From contig DROJ01000138.1 of assembly GCA_011321935.1 (NCBI GenBank), positions 1 through 60,520 of the forward strand: a stretch of 60,520 bases of DNA. Direction: 5' to 3'. The DNA comes from Bacteroidota bacterium. GTDB lineage: Bacteria > Bacteroidota > Bacteroidia > Chitinophagales > Saprospiraceae. The notes beneath the pieces are model-generated. The model saw only the letters and a program-made list of their open reading frames with translations, had not been told where the DNA came from and did no database searches. The first letter of the stretch is position 1, and every line of letters begins with the position of its first letter. The position numbers were made by a program, and so were the translations under genes. Shown one piece after another: positions 25,874-34,404 of the stretch.

Positions 25874-26055
25874 CCGAATGCCTGTCCGAGAGGCAGGAAT
25901 TTTTGTGCACTTACCCTGCCCTTATTAAAATGATACATTTTCATTTTAATTTTGGCGGTGCGTCAAATGTAATGCTGGCAAAAAGCGAAAGCCCCTGTGT
26001 TCTCTGTGTTCCCTGTGGTTCTTCGGCATTACAGATACACAGCCTTAATTTTTTT

Positions 26056-26098
26056 GTAACTGTTTAACATCACCTCAAAGGCCCTGCTAAACAGTTGC
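26056..26098. mobile_element. 43-bp minimal member of the GTAACT-terminus MITE family
   Basis: gtaactgtttaacatcacctcaaaggccctgctaaacagttgc, flanked by ATTTTTTT on both sides (26048-26055 and 26099-26106). It lies 10 bp upstream of the ATG at 26109. The TSD is low-complexity, so it is weaker evidence. Confidence 0.6.
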
Positions 26099-26108
26099 AT
26101 TTTTTTTT

Positions 26109-27326
26109 ATGAAAACATCAGCCATCATATTAAATACAGCGCATCCTTCGGCGACCACGAAAGTGTATGGCCTGTTGGTGCTGGAGCGGACTTTCCATGC
26201 GCTGGAAAGGGCGGGGGTGGAAGCGGTTTTGCTGCCGGGTGCGGAGGAGGAACGGCTGCAAGAAGTGATCGGCAGGAATGACGGCTGGAAAATAAAATTC
26301 CGGTTTGTTGACCATTTCCGCTCGGCCATTGCGGAGCAGAAAAACGGCATTTTGGTGCTGGCTGCACCGCTGGTTTTAGACCAAAAAATTCCAGAAAAAT
26401 TGATGGAGGAAGGGGCTGGCAAAACGGATGTTTTGGTGGACGACAAGGGGCTGATCGCTTACTTTCCGCAGGCATTTTTACAAAAGATAAAGAGCATCCC
26501 GAAAGAATTGAACGGCTGGCTGGAGAAGGCGGAAATTGAAGATTTTAAAATAAAAAGCCTTGATTTTCAAGGACTTGTCTGTAACACCGTATTTAGCGAA
26601 GCGGAAAAAAAATCGGTGATGAAGGCGCTCATCCGCAGCCTGACCAAGCCGACCGATGGCTGGGTGTCGCGCAATTTGAACCGGCCGGTTTCGACCCTTT
26701 TCAGCAGGGTGCTGGCCCATACTCCGGTTACGCCCAATCAGTTTACGGTGGTCGCTGGTTTGCTCGGCCTTGCGACGGGCGTTTTTTTTGCGCTGGGCGG
26801 TTATTGGAACTACCTGATCGGCGGGGCGCTGTTCCATTTTACCTCCATCATGGACGGCGTGGACGGCGAACTGGCACGGCTGAAATACAAGTCTTCGCCC
26901 TTCGGGCAATGGCTGGATACGCTGGTGGACAACCTCTCGTACCTCGCTGCTTTGGCGGGCATTATCACCGGCATATTCAGGAACGGGGCAAGCGAACCGG
27001 TGAAAATTGCGGGCATCCTTGCGGTGGTTTTTGCGGTCTTGGCTTTGGGCAGTTTGTACCTCTATTTGCTGCGCTTCAAGTCGGGCGGCACTCTGCTGAA
27101 CGTGGAATACAGCTTTCAGGGAGGCGATGGTTTTTTCGATAAATTCATGCAAGTTGCGGCGGCTTTTGGTAAGCGGGACCTGTTTGCTCTGATCTTTTTT
27201 GGGCTGGGCATCATCGGGCAAATGCCGATGGCGCTGGGTTATGTGGCGATCATGGCTTTCTTCGTTTTTGCCTTTTCGATTCAGGCACATTTTGCGGCAG
27301 CTAAAAAAAGGAGGGGGGTGGAGTGA
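26109..27326 (+). CDS. IPCT/DIPPS-architecture protein: nucleotidyltransferase-like N-domain (degenerate) fused to a CDP-alcohol phosphatidyltransferase
   Basis: 405 aa. Linker DGWVSRNLNRPVS, then TM helices and DGVDGELARLKYKSSPFGQWLDTLVD, which fits D-G-x2-A-R-x8-G-x3-D-x3-D. The N-domain reads AIILNTAHPSATTKVYGLLVLER instead of a GxGTR loop. Confidence 0.8.
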   Translation: MKTSAIILNTAHPSATTKVYGLLVLERTFHALERAGVEAVLLPGAEEERLQEVIGRNDGWKIKFRFVDHFRSAIAEQKNGILVLAAPLVLDQKIPEKLMEEGAGKTDVLVDDKGLIAYFPQAFLQKIKSIPKELNGWLEKAEIEDFKIKSLDFQGLVCNTVFSEAEKKSVMKALIRSLTKPTDGWVSRNLNRPVSTLFSRVLAHTPVTPNQFTVVAGLLGLATGVFFALGGYWNYLIGGALFHFTSIMDGVDGELARLKYKSSPFGQWLDTLVDNLSYLAALAGIITGIFRNGASEPVKIAGILAVVFAVLALGSLYLYLLRFKSGGTLLNVEYSFQGGDGFFDKFMQVAAAFGKRDLFALIFFGLGIIGQMPMALGYVAIMAFFVFAFSIQAHFAAAKKRRGVE

Positions 27327-27375
27327 TCAGTGATCAGTGATTAGAAATCAGTGATCAGTGATTAGTGATCAGTTG
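27323..27375. repeat. GTGATCAG/GTGATTAG word tract overlapping the stop codon
   Basis: gtgatcagtgatcagtgattagaaatcagtgatcagtgattagtgatcagt. The stop tga is at 27324-27326. Confidence 0.8.
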
Positions 27376-27458
27376 GGAAATGTTTGTGCGGACGGTCAGT
27401 TTTTCTCCGGAATCCTTTGATTGTCAAAGGATTGAAAAATATTGTTTTTTAAAATAAA

Positions 27459-27616
27459 CTAACTGCTCAGGTAGGCCGTGCATTGGTAGCACGGCCTTTA
27501 GGCTGTCCCGGCCAAAGACGTTTACGTCGTTGCATGGTTTGAAAATTGGCAACGACGTAAACGTCTTTGACCGGGACAGCCTAAAGGCTGTGCTACCAAC
27601 ATACCTGGGCAGTTAC
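27459..27616. mobile_element. 158-bp palindromic MITE (CTAACTG...CAGTTAC termini)
   Basis: The arms pair almost end to end (ggtagcacggcctttaggctgtcccgg..aaagacgtttacgtcgttgc). A perfect 8-bp direct repeat AAAATAAA flanks it at 27451-27458 and 27617-27624. The core is related to 36502-36638. Confidence 0.8.
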
Positions 27617-27765
27617 AAAATAAAACATCAAAATTGTTAAACCCTTAAAGTAGAACCGCAGGTTGCCGATCAATTGAAAATATTGATGGATTTTCTGCGG
27701 AACACTTGCCTGCTATCCAATTTATTGGCAGGCAAACTTTTTTTTGACACCTATATAAATTACAC

Positions 27766-28737
27766 ATGAAAAAAACATTGAAGAAGATAAAACATAAGTT
27801 GATGCCTGCCGGCCCATCTGCCGCCACGGTGCCTTTTATGGAATATATCAAGTACAACCTGTTCACCACTTTTACGCCTTCTTTTCCGCAGATTATCCAA
27901 GTGCAGACCATTTACGGCTGCAATGCGAGGTGCGTTTTCTGCCCCATGGGGCGGGAGGACAACCGGATAAAAGGACGGATGAAGGATGCCACTTTCGAGC
28001 GCATCGTGAAAGAGGCGGTGAAAAACAATTGCAAAGTGCTCAGCCCTTATTTGCAAAACGACCCTTTGGTGGACAAAAAACTGCACGAAAAAATCCAGCT
28101 CATCCGGGATGTGCGGGGCAGGAAAATGTTCCCAAAAGCCAAGATCATCACCAACGGGGGGCTGCTCACCGAGCAAAGGGCCTACGACCTCATAAATGCC
28201 GGGCTGGAACAGATCGTTTTCAGTGTGCACGGGGTGGACAAGCAGATTTACGATGACATCATGCAGGGGCCAAAATTTGAAAAAGTGGTGGAGAACATCG
28301 AAAGGTTTGTCAGGATAAAAGATGAACTGGGGGCCAAGAACCCCAAGATCGAAGTTTGGGCGGTCTTGACCAAAGAGGTGGAAGCGCAGTTGGAGGAAAC
28401 CAAAGAATTTTGGAAATCCCGGGGGATCACTTTCAAAGGCCGCCAACTCGACAACCGGGCGAATCCTGATATCATCGACACTTCCCAAATGGCGAACGAT
28501 GACCTCGAATGGAAATACGCACATTATTGTACCATCCCGTTTTGGCGGGCTTGGATTCTCCACAACGGGGACATGGTGCTGTGCTGTGTGGACTGGGAAC
28601 GGACCAATGTTTTTGGAAATATCCATGATAATACCATCAAAGAAATCTGGAACAGTGCGGGCTATAAAGAGTTCCGCAAAAGGATGAAGGAAAGGGACAT
28701 TGCGGGGACTTTGTGCGAAAATTGCCAGGGGACTTGA
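27766..28737 (+). CDS. radical SAM enzyme with C-terminal SPASM/twitch-like Cys cluster
   Basis: 323 aa. CNARCVFC is the CxxxCxxC motif. C-terminal cysteines occur in CTIPF...LCCVDW...CENCQG. Confidence 0.85.
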   Translation: MKKTLKKIKHKLMPAGPSAATVPFMEYIKYNLFTTFTPSFPQIIQVQTIYGCNARCVFCPMGREDNRIKGRMKDATFERIVKEAVKNNCKVLSPYLQNDPLVDKKLHEKIQLIRDVRGRKMFPKAKIITNGGLLTEQRAYDLINAGLEQIVFSVHGVDKQIYDDIMQGPKFEKVVENIERFVRIKDELGAKNPKIEVWAVLTKEVEAQLEETKEFWKSRGITFKGRQLDNRANPDIIDTSQMANDDLEWKYAHYCTIPFWRAWILHNGDMVLCCVDWERTNVFGNIHDNTIKEIWNSAGYKEFRKRMKERDIAGTLCENCQGT

Positions 28738-28770
28738 CCGGGGAATTGATCTCCTTTGCAGTATAGAGGG

Positions 28771-28877
28771 GCTGTTCAATAAAGTGTTTCTCACGCAAAG
28801 ACGCAAAGGCGCAAAGTGTTGAAATTCAAATCTTTGCGCCTTTGCGCCTTTGCGTGAAACCCCCTTTATTGAACACT
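28771..28877. repeat. palindrome, CACGCAAAGGCGC family
   Basis: ctgttcaataaagtgtttctcacgcaaagacgcaaaggcgcaaag ... ctttgcgcctttgcgcctttgcgtgaaaccccctttattgaacac. Related to 30029-30136. Confidence 0.8.
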
Positions 28878-28945
28878 CCCAAAATGATCCTAATTTTCAA
28901 TTTATTTAATAGCAAGAATTGCTGATCTAATAACCGCATCCAAAT

Positions 28946-29920
28946 ATGAACAAGTTTAGATGGTTGGGCATCGTCGGGATATTTTTGTTGATATATCTGG
29001 TCCACAAATTTGGGTTCGACAAAATCGTCGCCAATGTGGCTTCGCTCAGGTATTACCTGCTGCTCATTTTCATCCCCTCGGTATGTACCTTGCTGGCCTC
29101 CGGGCTGGCATTCAGGCGCTTGCTGGCGCACTTGGGGGAACAGGTTTATTATTGGACGATCATCCGTATCAAAATAATCGGCACTGCTTTCGACCGCCTT
29201 TTGCCTTTGAGCTATATTGGGGGGGACTCGGTGCAATATTTCCATTTCAAAGAAAGGATGCCCGCCATGAACTCGGCGAGCGCACTGATTATTGACCGGG
29301 CCATCAACGTATATGGCAGCCTGATAATGATGTTTTTTTCGGCTGCTTTTTTGGGCCTGAAATTCGATGTGGTCCCGCTTTGGGTGGAGATAGCGCTGCC
29401 CGCCGTTATTTTGTTGATACTGGCCGGATTTACCTTTTTGCTGTTTAAAAGCAGGAAGCGTTTTTTTGTGGCTGCCGCCAAATTTATCAACAAGGTCAAT
29501 TTTAAAAAAGAAGCCTTGCTCAAGCTGCTCGGCAAGGCCGAAAACCTGAACAACAATATTTCGGGGTTTTTCAAAACAGGAAAAAACACTTTTCTTTTTG
29601 TCCTTTCCATGCACCTCACCGGACGGCTGATGGGCATCGTTGAAATATGGCTCATCATGCTGGTCATGGGGCTGGGCAACATGCCCGAACTGGCCTTCGT
29701 CATGGCCGGGCTGACGAGCCTGCTGGTCTCCGTTTTTGTGATTATACCCGGTCAGATCGGTTTTATGGAAGCGTCTTACGGGATGGTGTTCATGCTGCTC
29801 GGCTACGATCCCGAAATAGGGGTCAGTGTGCAGTTGGTCAGGAGGCTGCGGGTCATTATCTGGATCTGCATCGGCCTGTTTTTGGTGAATTTTGGGAAGG
29901 ATGTGAAAAGGGCAACGTGA
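28946..29920 (+). CDS. flippase-like / lysylphosphatidylglycerol-synthase-TM-region (UPF0104) family membrane protein
   Basis: 324 aa with about 8 TM segments. The N-terminus KFRWLGIVGIFLLIYLVHKFGFDKI and the overall layout resemble TIGR00374-type proteins. This is a recognition-level call. Confidence 0.6.
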   Translation: MNKFRWLGIVGIFLLIYLVHKFGFDKIVANVASLRYYLLLIFIPSVCTLLASGLAFRRLLAHLGEQVYYWTIIRIKIIGTAFDRLLPLSYIGGDSVQYFHFKERMPAMNSASALIIDRAINVYGSLIMMFFSAAFLGLKFDVVPLWVEIALPAVILLILAGFTFLLFKSRKRFFVAAAKFINKVNFKKEALLKLLGKAENLNNNISGFFKTGKNTFLFVLSMHLTGRLMGIVEIWLIMLVMGLGNMPELAFVMAGLTSLLVSVFVIIPGQIGFMEASYGMVFMLLGYDPEIGVSVQLVRRLRVIIWICIGLFLVNFGKDVKRAT

Positions 29921-30028
29921 GGGGACCGAATGACCAATAAATAAGAAGAGCATTTATTTTTTTAGCTTGGCCTTGCTGCTCGGATTTTATTGTTTGTGCA
30001 ACAAAGCCGTTCCTGAGATTAAAAAAAG

Positions 30029-30136
30029 GGGTATTCGATAAAATGTGTTTCACGCAAAGGCGCTAAGACGCAAAGGTTTGATTCGCAGTACTTTGCGTCT
30101 TAGCGCCTTTGCGTGAAACACATTTTATCGAATACC
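30029..30136. repeat. 108-bp palindrome, CACGCAAAGGCGC family
   Basis: ggtattcgataaaatgtgtttcacgcaaaggcgctaagacgcaaag is mirrored by ctttgcgtcttagcgcctttgcgtgaaacacattttatcgaatacc. Confidence 0.85.
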
Positions 30137-30146
30137 AAAAAAAACT

Positions 30147-31403
30147 ATGGAGAACCAACAACTTAAAACAGTCTGGATAGACGCCCGCCACCCAATGGGC
30201 AACCAACAGCTTTGGGGATTGACCCTATTGGAAAGGAACATCCGGGAGATGGACAAGATGGGTTTTGAAGAGGCCGTCGTTTTGGCGGCAGCCGACGACA
30301 GCCCCTCGCAGCATTTTTGCCATCGGTTGCCCGATAGCATTTCCGTTTCTTTTGTGAAAGCTGGCACCGGCAATGATTACCAATCGTTGATCGGCCTTTT
30401 GGGGTCTTCTGCTGCCCCCGTTCTGGTTTTGTCCGGCAATGCACTCAACGACCGACGGGTCATTTCCGAGCTTATCAGTTTGCCGAGCCCTTATGCGGCA
30501 CTGGCGCCTTCCGGCGATTTCAAGCCTGCGGCGGCGGCCTGTTTCACTAAAAACGAAGCGGCTTTCATCGAGGCCAACAAAGGTTTGGAATTGGATGCCA
30601 TCGTCAAAAAAGGGCTGGAGGAGGGCCTGTTCCCCGGCTTTGATTTTGCTGCTTTCGACCCATATATCAAAAGCCTCAGAAGGGAAATCCCCCCTTATTT
30701 GATTAAGGTGGAAACGCAGTCAGATTACGGGGATGCCAACCGGTATTTGAAATTGACCGTCCACAAAGGCACCAATGATTTTGTCGCAAAATACATCCAC
30801 CCGCCCTTTGAATTTGGCATCACCAAACTCCTTGCGACCACTCCCGTCATCCCCAACCACGTTACTTTTTTGGGCATCGCATTGTCGGCCACCACTGTTT
30901 ATTGTTTTGCCACGGGACAGGTTTTGCTGGGGGCGGTATTGGCCGCAACCAAAGGGATACTGGACGGCGTGGACGGCAAACTGGCGAGGTTCTTATTGAA
31001 ATACAGCAAATTTGGCGACCTGCTCGACCATGTGAGCGATACCATTTTTGATGCGCTGTGGTACCTTGCTTTGGGCTGGTTTTTTTCGCAGGGAGATTGG
31101 TCGTCGCCCGCCGCCTGCTATACGATGATCCTTTTTGTTTCTTATTGGGTGGAGCGGATTGTGCCGGGCCTTTTCAAAAAAGTCCATAAATACGAAATAT
31201 ATGATTTCAGCCCTATTGATCGGTTCAGCCGCCTGATCGGCAGCCGGATGAACAACAATGTTTGGGTGCTGCTCATTGCTACCCTTTTTGGCTATGCGCA
31301 GCCTGCTTTTTATTTTATCAGTATCTGGATGTTGGTCACTGCGGCCTGGCATACCTTCCGGTTTGCTTATGTCACTTTGTTCAAGGTGGAGCGGAAGAAT
31401 TGA
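30147..31403 (+). CDS. second IPCT/DIPPS-architecture protein (degenerate nucleotidyltransferase-like domain + CDP-alcohol phosphatidyltransferase)
   Basis: 418 aa. DGVDGKLARFLLKYSKFGDLLDHVSD is the transferase motif. The N-domain reads VWIDARHPMGNQQLWGLTLLER. It is a paralog of 26109-27326. Confidence 0.8.
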   Translation: MENQQLKTVWIDARHPMGNQQLWGLTLLERNIREMDKMGFEEAVVLAAADDSPSQHFCHRLPDSISVSFVKAGTGNDYQSLIGLLGSSAAPVLVLSGNALNDRRVISELISLPSPYAALAPSGDFKPAAAACFTKNEAAFIEANKGLELDAIVKKGLEEGLFPGFDFAAFDPYIKSLRREIPPYLIKVETQSDYGDANRYLKLTVHKGTNDFVAKYIHPPFEFGITKLLATTPVIPNHVTFLGIALSATTVYCFATGQVLLGAVLAATKGILDGVDGKLARFLLKYSKFGDLLDHVSDTIFDALWYLALGWFFSQGDWSSPAACYTMILFVSYWVERIVPGLFKKVHKYEIYDFSPIDRFSRLIGSRMNNNVWVLLIATLFGYAQPAFYFISIWMLVTAAWHTFRFAYVTLFKVERKN

Positions 31404-31506
31404 AAGGCAGGGAGATGAGAGGAAGTTCAAAAAATGGTTGGGGGGAAAATAGAGCGAGCGAATTGGATTTTGATTTGCCTAATTTAATAAATGTAGTACC
31501 TTTGTA

Positions 31507-31518
31507 ATTACATGTAAT
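31507..31518. promoter_or_regulatory. 12-bp perfect palindrome ATTACATGTAAT just upstream of mazE (candidate operator)
   Basis: Perfect dyad 11 nt upstream of the ATG at 31529. MazE/AbrB-type antitoxins typically autoregulate through such dyads. This is inference only. Confidence 0.3.
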
Positions 31519-31528
31519 AATTAAACTT

Positions 31529-31774
31529 ATGGAATTGTCAGTAATAAAAATCGGAAATTCAAAAGGGTTTAGACTTAGCAAAACCTTGATTGACAAATAC
31601 AATATCAAAGACAAGGTTGAGCTTATCCTTGAAAAAGGTTACATCATATTAAAGCCTATTCCGGCACCAAGAAAAGGTTGGGAAGCGGCATTTAAAAAGA
31701 TGAATGAAAACGGCGAAGACCAACTTCTTTTCGATGACGTTTTTGATAATGAAAACCTGGAAGAATGGGTTTAA
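31529..31774 (+). CDS. mazE: AbrB/MazE/SpoVT-family antitoxin
   Basis: 81 aa. MELSVIKIGNSKGFRLSKTLIDKY is the SpoVT-AbrB swapped-hairpin motif, followed by an acidic tail. It overlaps the toxin gene by 10 nt. Confidence 0.8.
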   Translation: MELSVIKIGNSKGFRLSKTLIDKYNIKDKVELILEKGYIILKPIPAPRKGWEAAFKKMNENGEDQLLFDDVFDNENLEEWV

Positions 31775-32088
31775 ACCAATATCAAATAGTCCTCGTCAAC
31801 CTTGATCCGACAATCGGTAGTGAAATAAAAAAAACAAGGCCTTGTGTCGTTATTTCACCGGATGAAATGAATAAATATCTTCGGACAATTATAGTTGCCC
31901 CAATGACAACAACGTCAAGAAAATATCCGACAAGGATTGAAGTAAAACACGATAATAAAATAGGCTGGATTGTAATTGACCAAATCCGGACGATTGACAA
32001 ACAGCGGATTGTCAGGGTTTTAGGGAGGCTATCAGAACCTGAGATTAAAGAAGTTAAATCGGTTTTGAAAGAGACTTTTATTGATTGA
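31765..32088 (+). CDS. mazF: MazF/PemK-family endoribonuclease toxin
   Basis: 107 aa. IVLVNLDPTIGSEIKKTRPCVVIS...IIVAPMTT...IDQIRTIDKQR is the PemK signature pattern. Confidence 0.85.
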   Translation: MGLNQYQIVLVNLDPTIGSEIKKTRPCVVISPDEMNKYLRTIIVAPMTTTSRKYPTRIEVKHDNKIGWIVIDQIRTIDKQRIVRVLGRLSEPEIKEVKSVLKETFID

Positions 32089-32090
32089 TC

Positions 32091-32123
32091 AAAAAGAAAA
32101 ACGGCTGCCATTTACAGGCAGCC
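32091..32123 (-). terminator. rho-independent terminator for the minus-strand ECF operon
   Basis: Minus strand: stem ggctgcc/ggcagcc followed by GTTTTTCTTTTT, about 25 nt past the stop at 32147. Confidence 0.6.
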
Positions 32124-32146
32124 TACGATTATGCGTTACCAGAATC

Positions 32147-33073
32147 TTACCTGACAAATTTCCGCACCCCGCTAAATCCTTCCGTTTTTATTTCCAAAAA
32201 ATAAAGCCCGTGTTTTGGCAGCACCGCAGATATATTAAAATCCAATTGCTGCTCGCCCTGAGGCAAGTTTCCTTGATAAAGTTCGGCCATCAGTTGGCCT
32301 GAAATGTAGCGTACCAAAACGGTAATATTTCCTGAATTGGGCATTTCAAAATTTAATTTCAAGCGTTCAGAAACTGGGTTGGGGGCAATGCTGACCGTCA
32401 GGTTATTTTTGATCGGTTCATTGGTAGGGGACAAGATGCCGCCGTCCAATGCTTCAAAATATTCATCGGGCACCAGGTTCATTTCGAAGCTGCTGTTGTC
32501 GAACCGGAGGTTGCGCATTCCGGTGTGGTCGAAGGCCATGGTTTGTTCGTCGGGCAGCCACATATCGGTGCCCAAAGTAAGCTCGGCCATGGCGCTGTCC
32601 ATTTCTTCGACAATGGCAAAATACCCCGGCGGGGTACTCGCCCGGATGACCATGTCCACCTTGTCGTCGGTACTCAATCCCGAATTGATTACCTCGGCTA
32701 TATAGCCCGACCAGCCAAAAAAATTGGGAAATTCATTGTTCCACGCATCGTCTGCTCCCTGCGTATTTTCCCAAACCTCAAAACTGGGGTAAGGGTCGTT
32801 GGTGCCTTCGTAAACAAAGGCGATATAAGTGGGGTTGGTGAACACTTCGTCCACGCCGGAGAGGGCACAACTGCAAAAAGTATTCGGCTGCTCGGTCATT
32901 AATTTCATGTTGCCGAGCCTTATTTCAATGTCGGTAAAATCTTCGGAATATTGCAATGAAACAGTGATGACCGTATCGGGGTCAATGCAGGCATTTGCTT
33001 TATTGGTAAATGCAAATAAAGCGAAAACCAATAATGCAGAACAAGCGGTGATTTTGTAAAAATGTTTTTTCAT
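32147..33073 (-). CDS. secreted protein with T9SS type A (Por_Secre_tail) C-terminal sorting domain
   Basis: Trimmed to ATG 33071-33073. Signal peptide MKKHFYKITACSALLVFALFAFTNKANA. C-terminus IAPNPVSERLKLNFEMP...GLYFLEIKTEGFSGVRKFVR. Confidence 0.8.
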   Translation of the reverse strand: MKKHFYKITACSALLVFALFAFTNKANACIDPDTVITVSLQYSEDFTDIEIRLGNMKLMTEQPNTFCSCALSGVDEVFTNPTYIAFVYEGTNDPYPSFEVWENTQGADDAWNNEFPNFFGWSGYIAEVINSGLSTDDKVDMVIRASTPPGYFAIVEEMDSAMAELTLGTDMWLPDEQTMAFDHTGMRNLRFDNSSFEMNLVPDEYFEALDGGILSPTNEPIKNNLTVSIAPNPVSERLKLNFEMPNSGNITVLVRYISGQLMAELYQGNLPQGEQQLDFNISAVLPKHGLYFLEIKTEGFSGVRKFVR

Positions 33074-33199
33074 GATAGAGGAAATTTTATGATTAAAGAT
33101 TATGGTTTCGATATAGAAATGGCCTTTTGGCATTGGCCAATTGATAGTGTTCAAACCTTGCTTTTGCAACTATTTTTTTATGAAAAAATAAAACCCGGA

Positions 33200-34396
33200 T
33201 CAACCTTCTGGATAGGCGATCCCCCAGGTTGCCGTGCCTTCCGAAATTGTTATTTTATTTCCGTTTTCATCCCATAATTCGCAATTGAATATAAGGTCCA
33301 GTTTTTTGGTGGGCTGCCCGTTTTCGTTTTTGTCAAAATCTTGGACACCTGTTATTTGAAAAACAGAATTTGAATTTTGCGTATTCCTGTCTGACCTGAA
33401 AATATTGCCGTCTTTATCAGTGTAAATAATAATAACCGAGGATAACAAAACAGGGGCACTTGTAAATATAGTATCAATTTCAATGCTCTTTATTTCTGCC
33501 GATATTTCATAAGAAAAATCGGCGACGCAGGCGGCGGGTGTAATATTGGATGAATAAACAAGAGGGATAAATGCGGCCTCTGCCTGGCATTCGGTGTCGT
33601 CTGTTATTGTTACTCCATATCTTTGGAACGGCTGGAATGGGCCATCAATAAACTCAAGGTCGGTCAGGCCTGCCCCCCAATCGTAAATAACCTGGCCGTT
33701 GCCAAAAGCTTTGGCAGTTAAGCGGAGCAACATTGTATCCTCATATTCCGGCAATATACTGACCGAGCAAGATGGTTCATTGGGCAGTTTTATATATTGT
33801 TTTTGAAAACTAACGCAACTGTCTCCGCCAGATAAATCAGTTATGGTCAGTGAAACGGAAGTGTTCGGTGTTATGGTGTCAAAAGTAAATTCGACATTTG
33901 CTTCCGCTGTGGAAAAGCCATTTGAAAACTCCCAAAAAAACTCAGTTTGGCCGAAGCCAAAGGTTGAATTTTCAGAAGAAAATATAGCTGGGAAATGATA
34001 GGTTGTATCAAAGACCAATTCAAAATTTGTAGATTGAAGGTCGGTATAAAGGTATCTTTCTTTGGCAAGTGCTTCATCTATATTTACAGGGTTTTGTGTT
34101 GCCGCTGTGTCGTCGTAAATAATTATTGAAAAAGATTCTTTGCATTCGGGGGCACAGTCCTCCCTTTCCATTTTACCGATAAAACGGTGGATGTCTTGGG
34201 CATCTTTTTGAAAATCGGTGAACATATAAATACTGTCTATCCCCGCTTTCCAATCAATAGGTGCAACGTTGTTTTCAAACGAAACGGAAAGGGAAAAAAC
34301 GGGCGTTCCGTCCACCGGGTCGGGCAGGTCAATTTTATTGCAACCTGCCAGCAAGAGGATGAAAAACAGTGGTTTATATAAAAAATATTTTTTCAT
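33200..34396 (-). CDS. hypothetical lipoprotein
   Basis: Trimmed to ATG 34394-34396. MKKYFLYKPLFFILLLAGC is a lipobox. No domain recognised. Confidence 0.65.
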   Translation of the reverse strand: MKKYFLYKPLFFILLLAGCNKIDLPDPVDGTPVFSLSVSFENNVAPIDWKAGIDSIYMFTDFQKDAQDIHRFIGKMEREDCAPECKESFSIIIYDDTAATQNPVNIDEALAKERYLYTDLQSTNFELVFDTTYHFPAIFSSENSTFGFGQTEFFWEFSNGFSTAEANVEFTFDTITPNTSVSLTITDLSGGDSCVSFQKQYIKLPNEPSCSVSILPEYEDTMLLRLTAKAFGNGQVIYDWGAGLTDLEFIDGPFQPFQRYGVTITDDTECQAEAAFIPLVYSSNITPAACVADFSYEISAEIKSIEIDTIFTSAPVLLSSVIIIYTDKDGNIFRSDRNTQNSNSVFQITGVQDFDKNENGQPTKKLDLIFNCELWDENGNKITISEGTATWGIAYPEG

Positions 34397-34404
34397 TTTT
34401 AAAA

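Noticed and set aside
24820-29953. Minus-strand ORFs 24820-25740, 26478-27290, 27760-28806 and 28826-29953 (270-375 aa)
   Set aside because: Each is antisense to a plus-strand gene with clear family motifs (CDP-alcohol transferase, radical SAM CxxxCxxC, polytopic membrane proteins). Their translations are His/Arg/Gln/Pro-rich and featureless.
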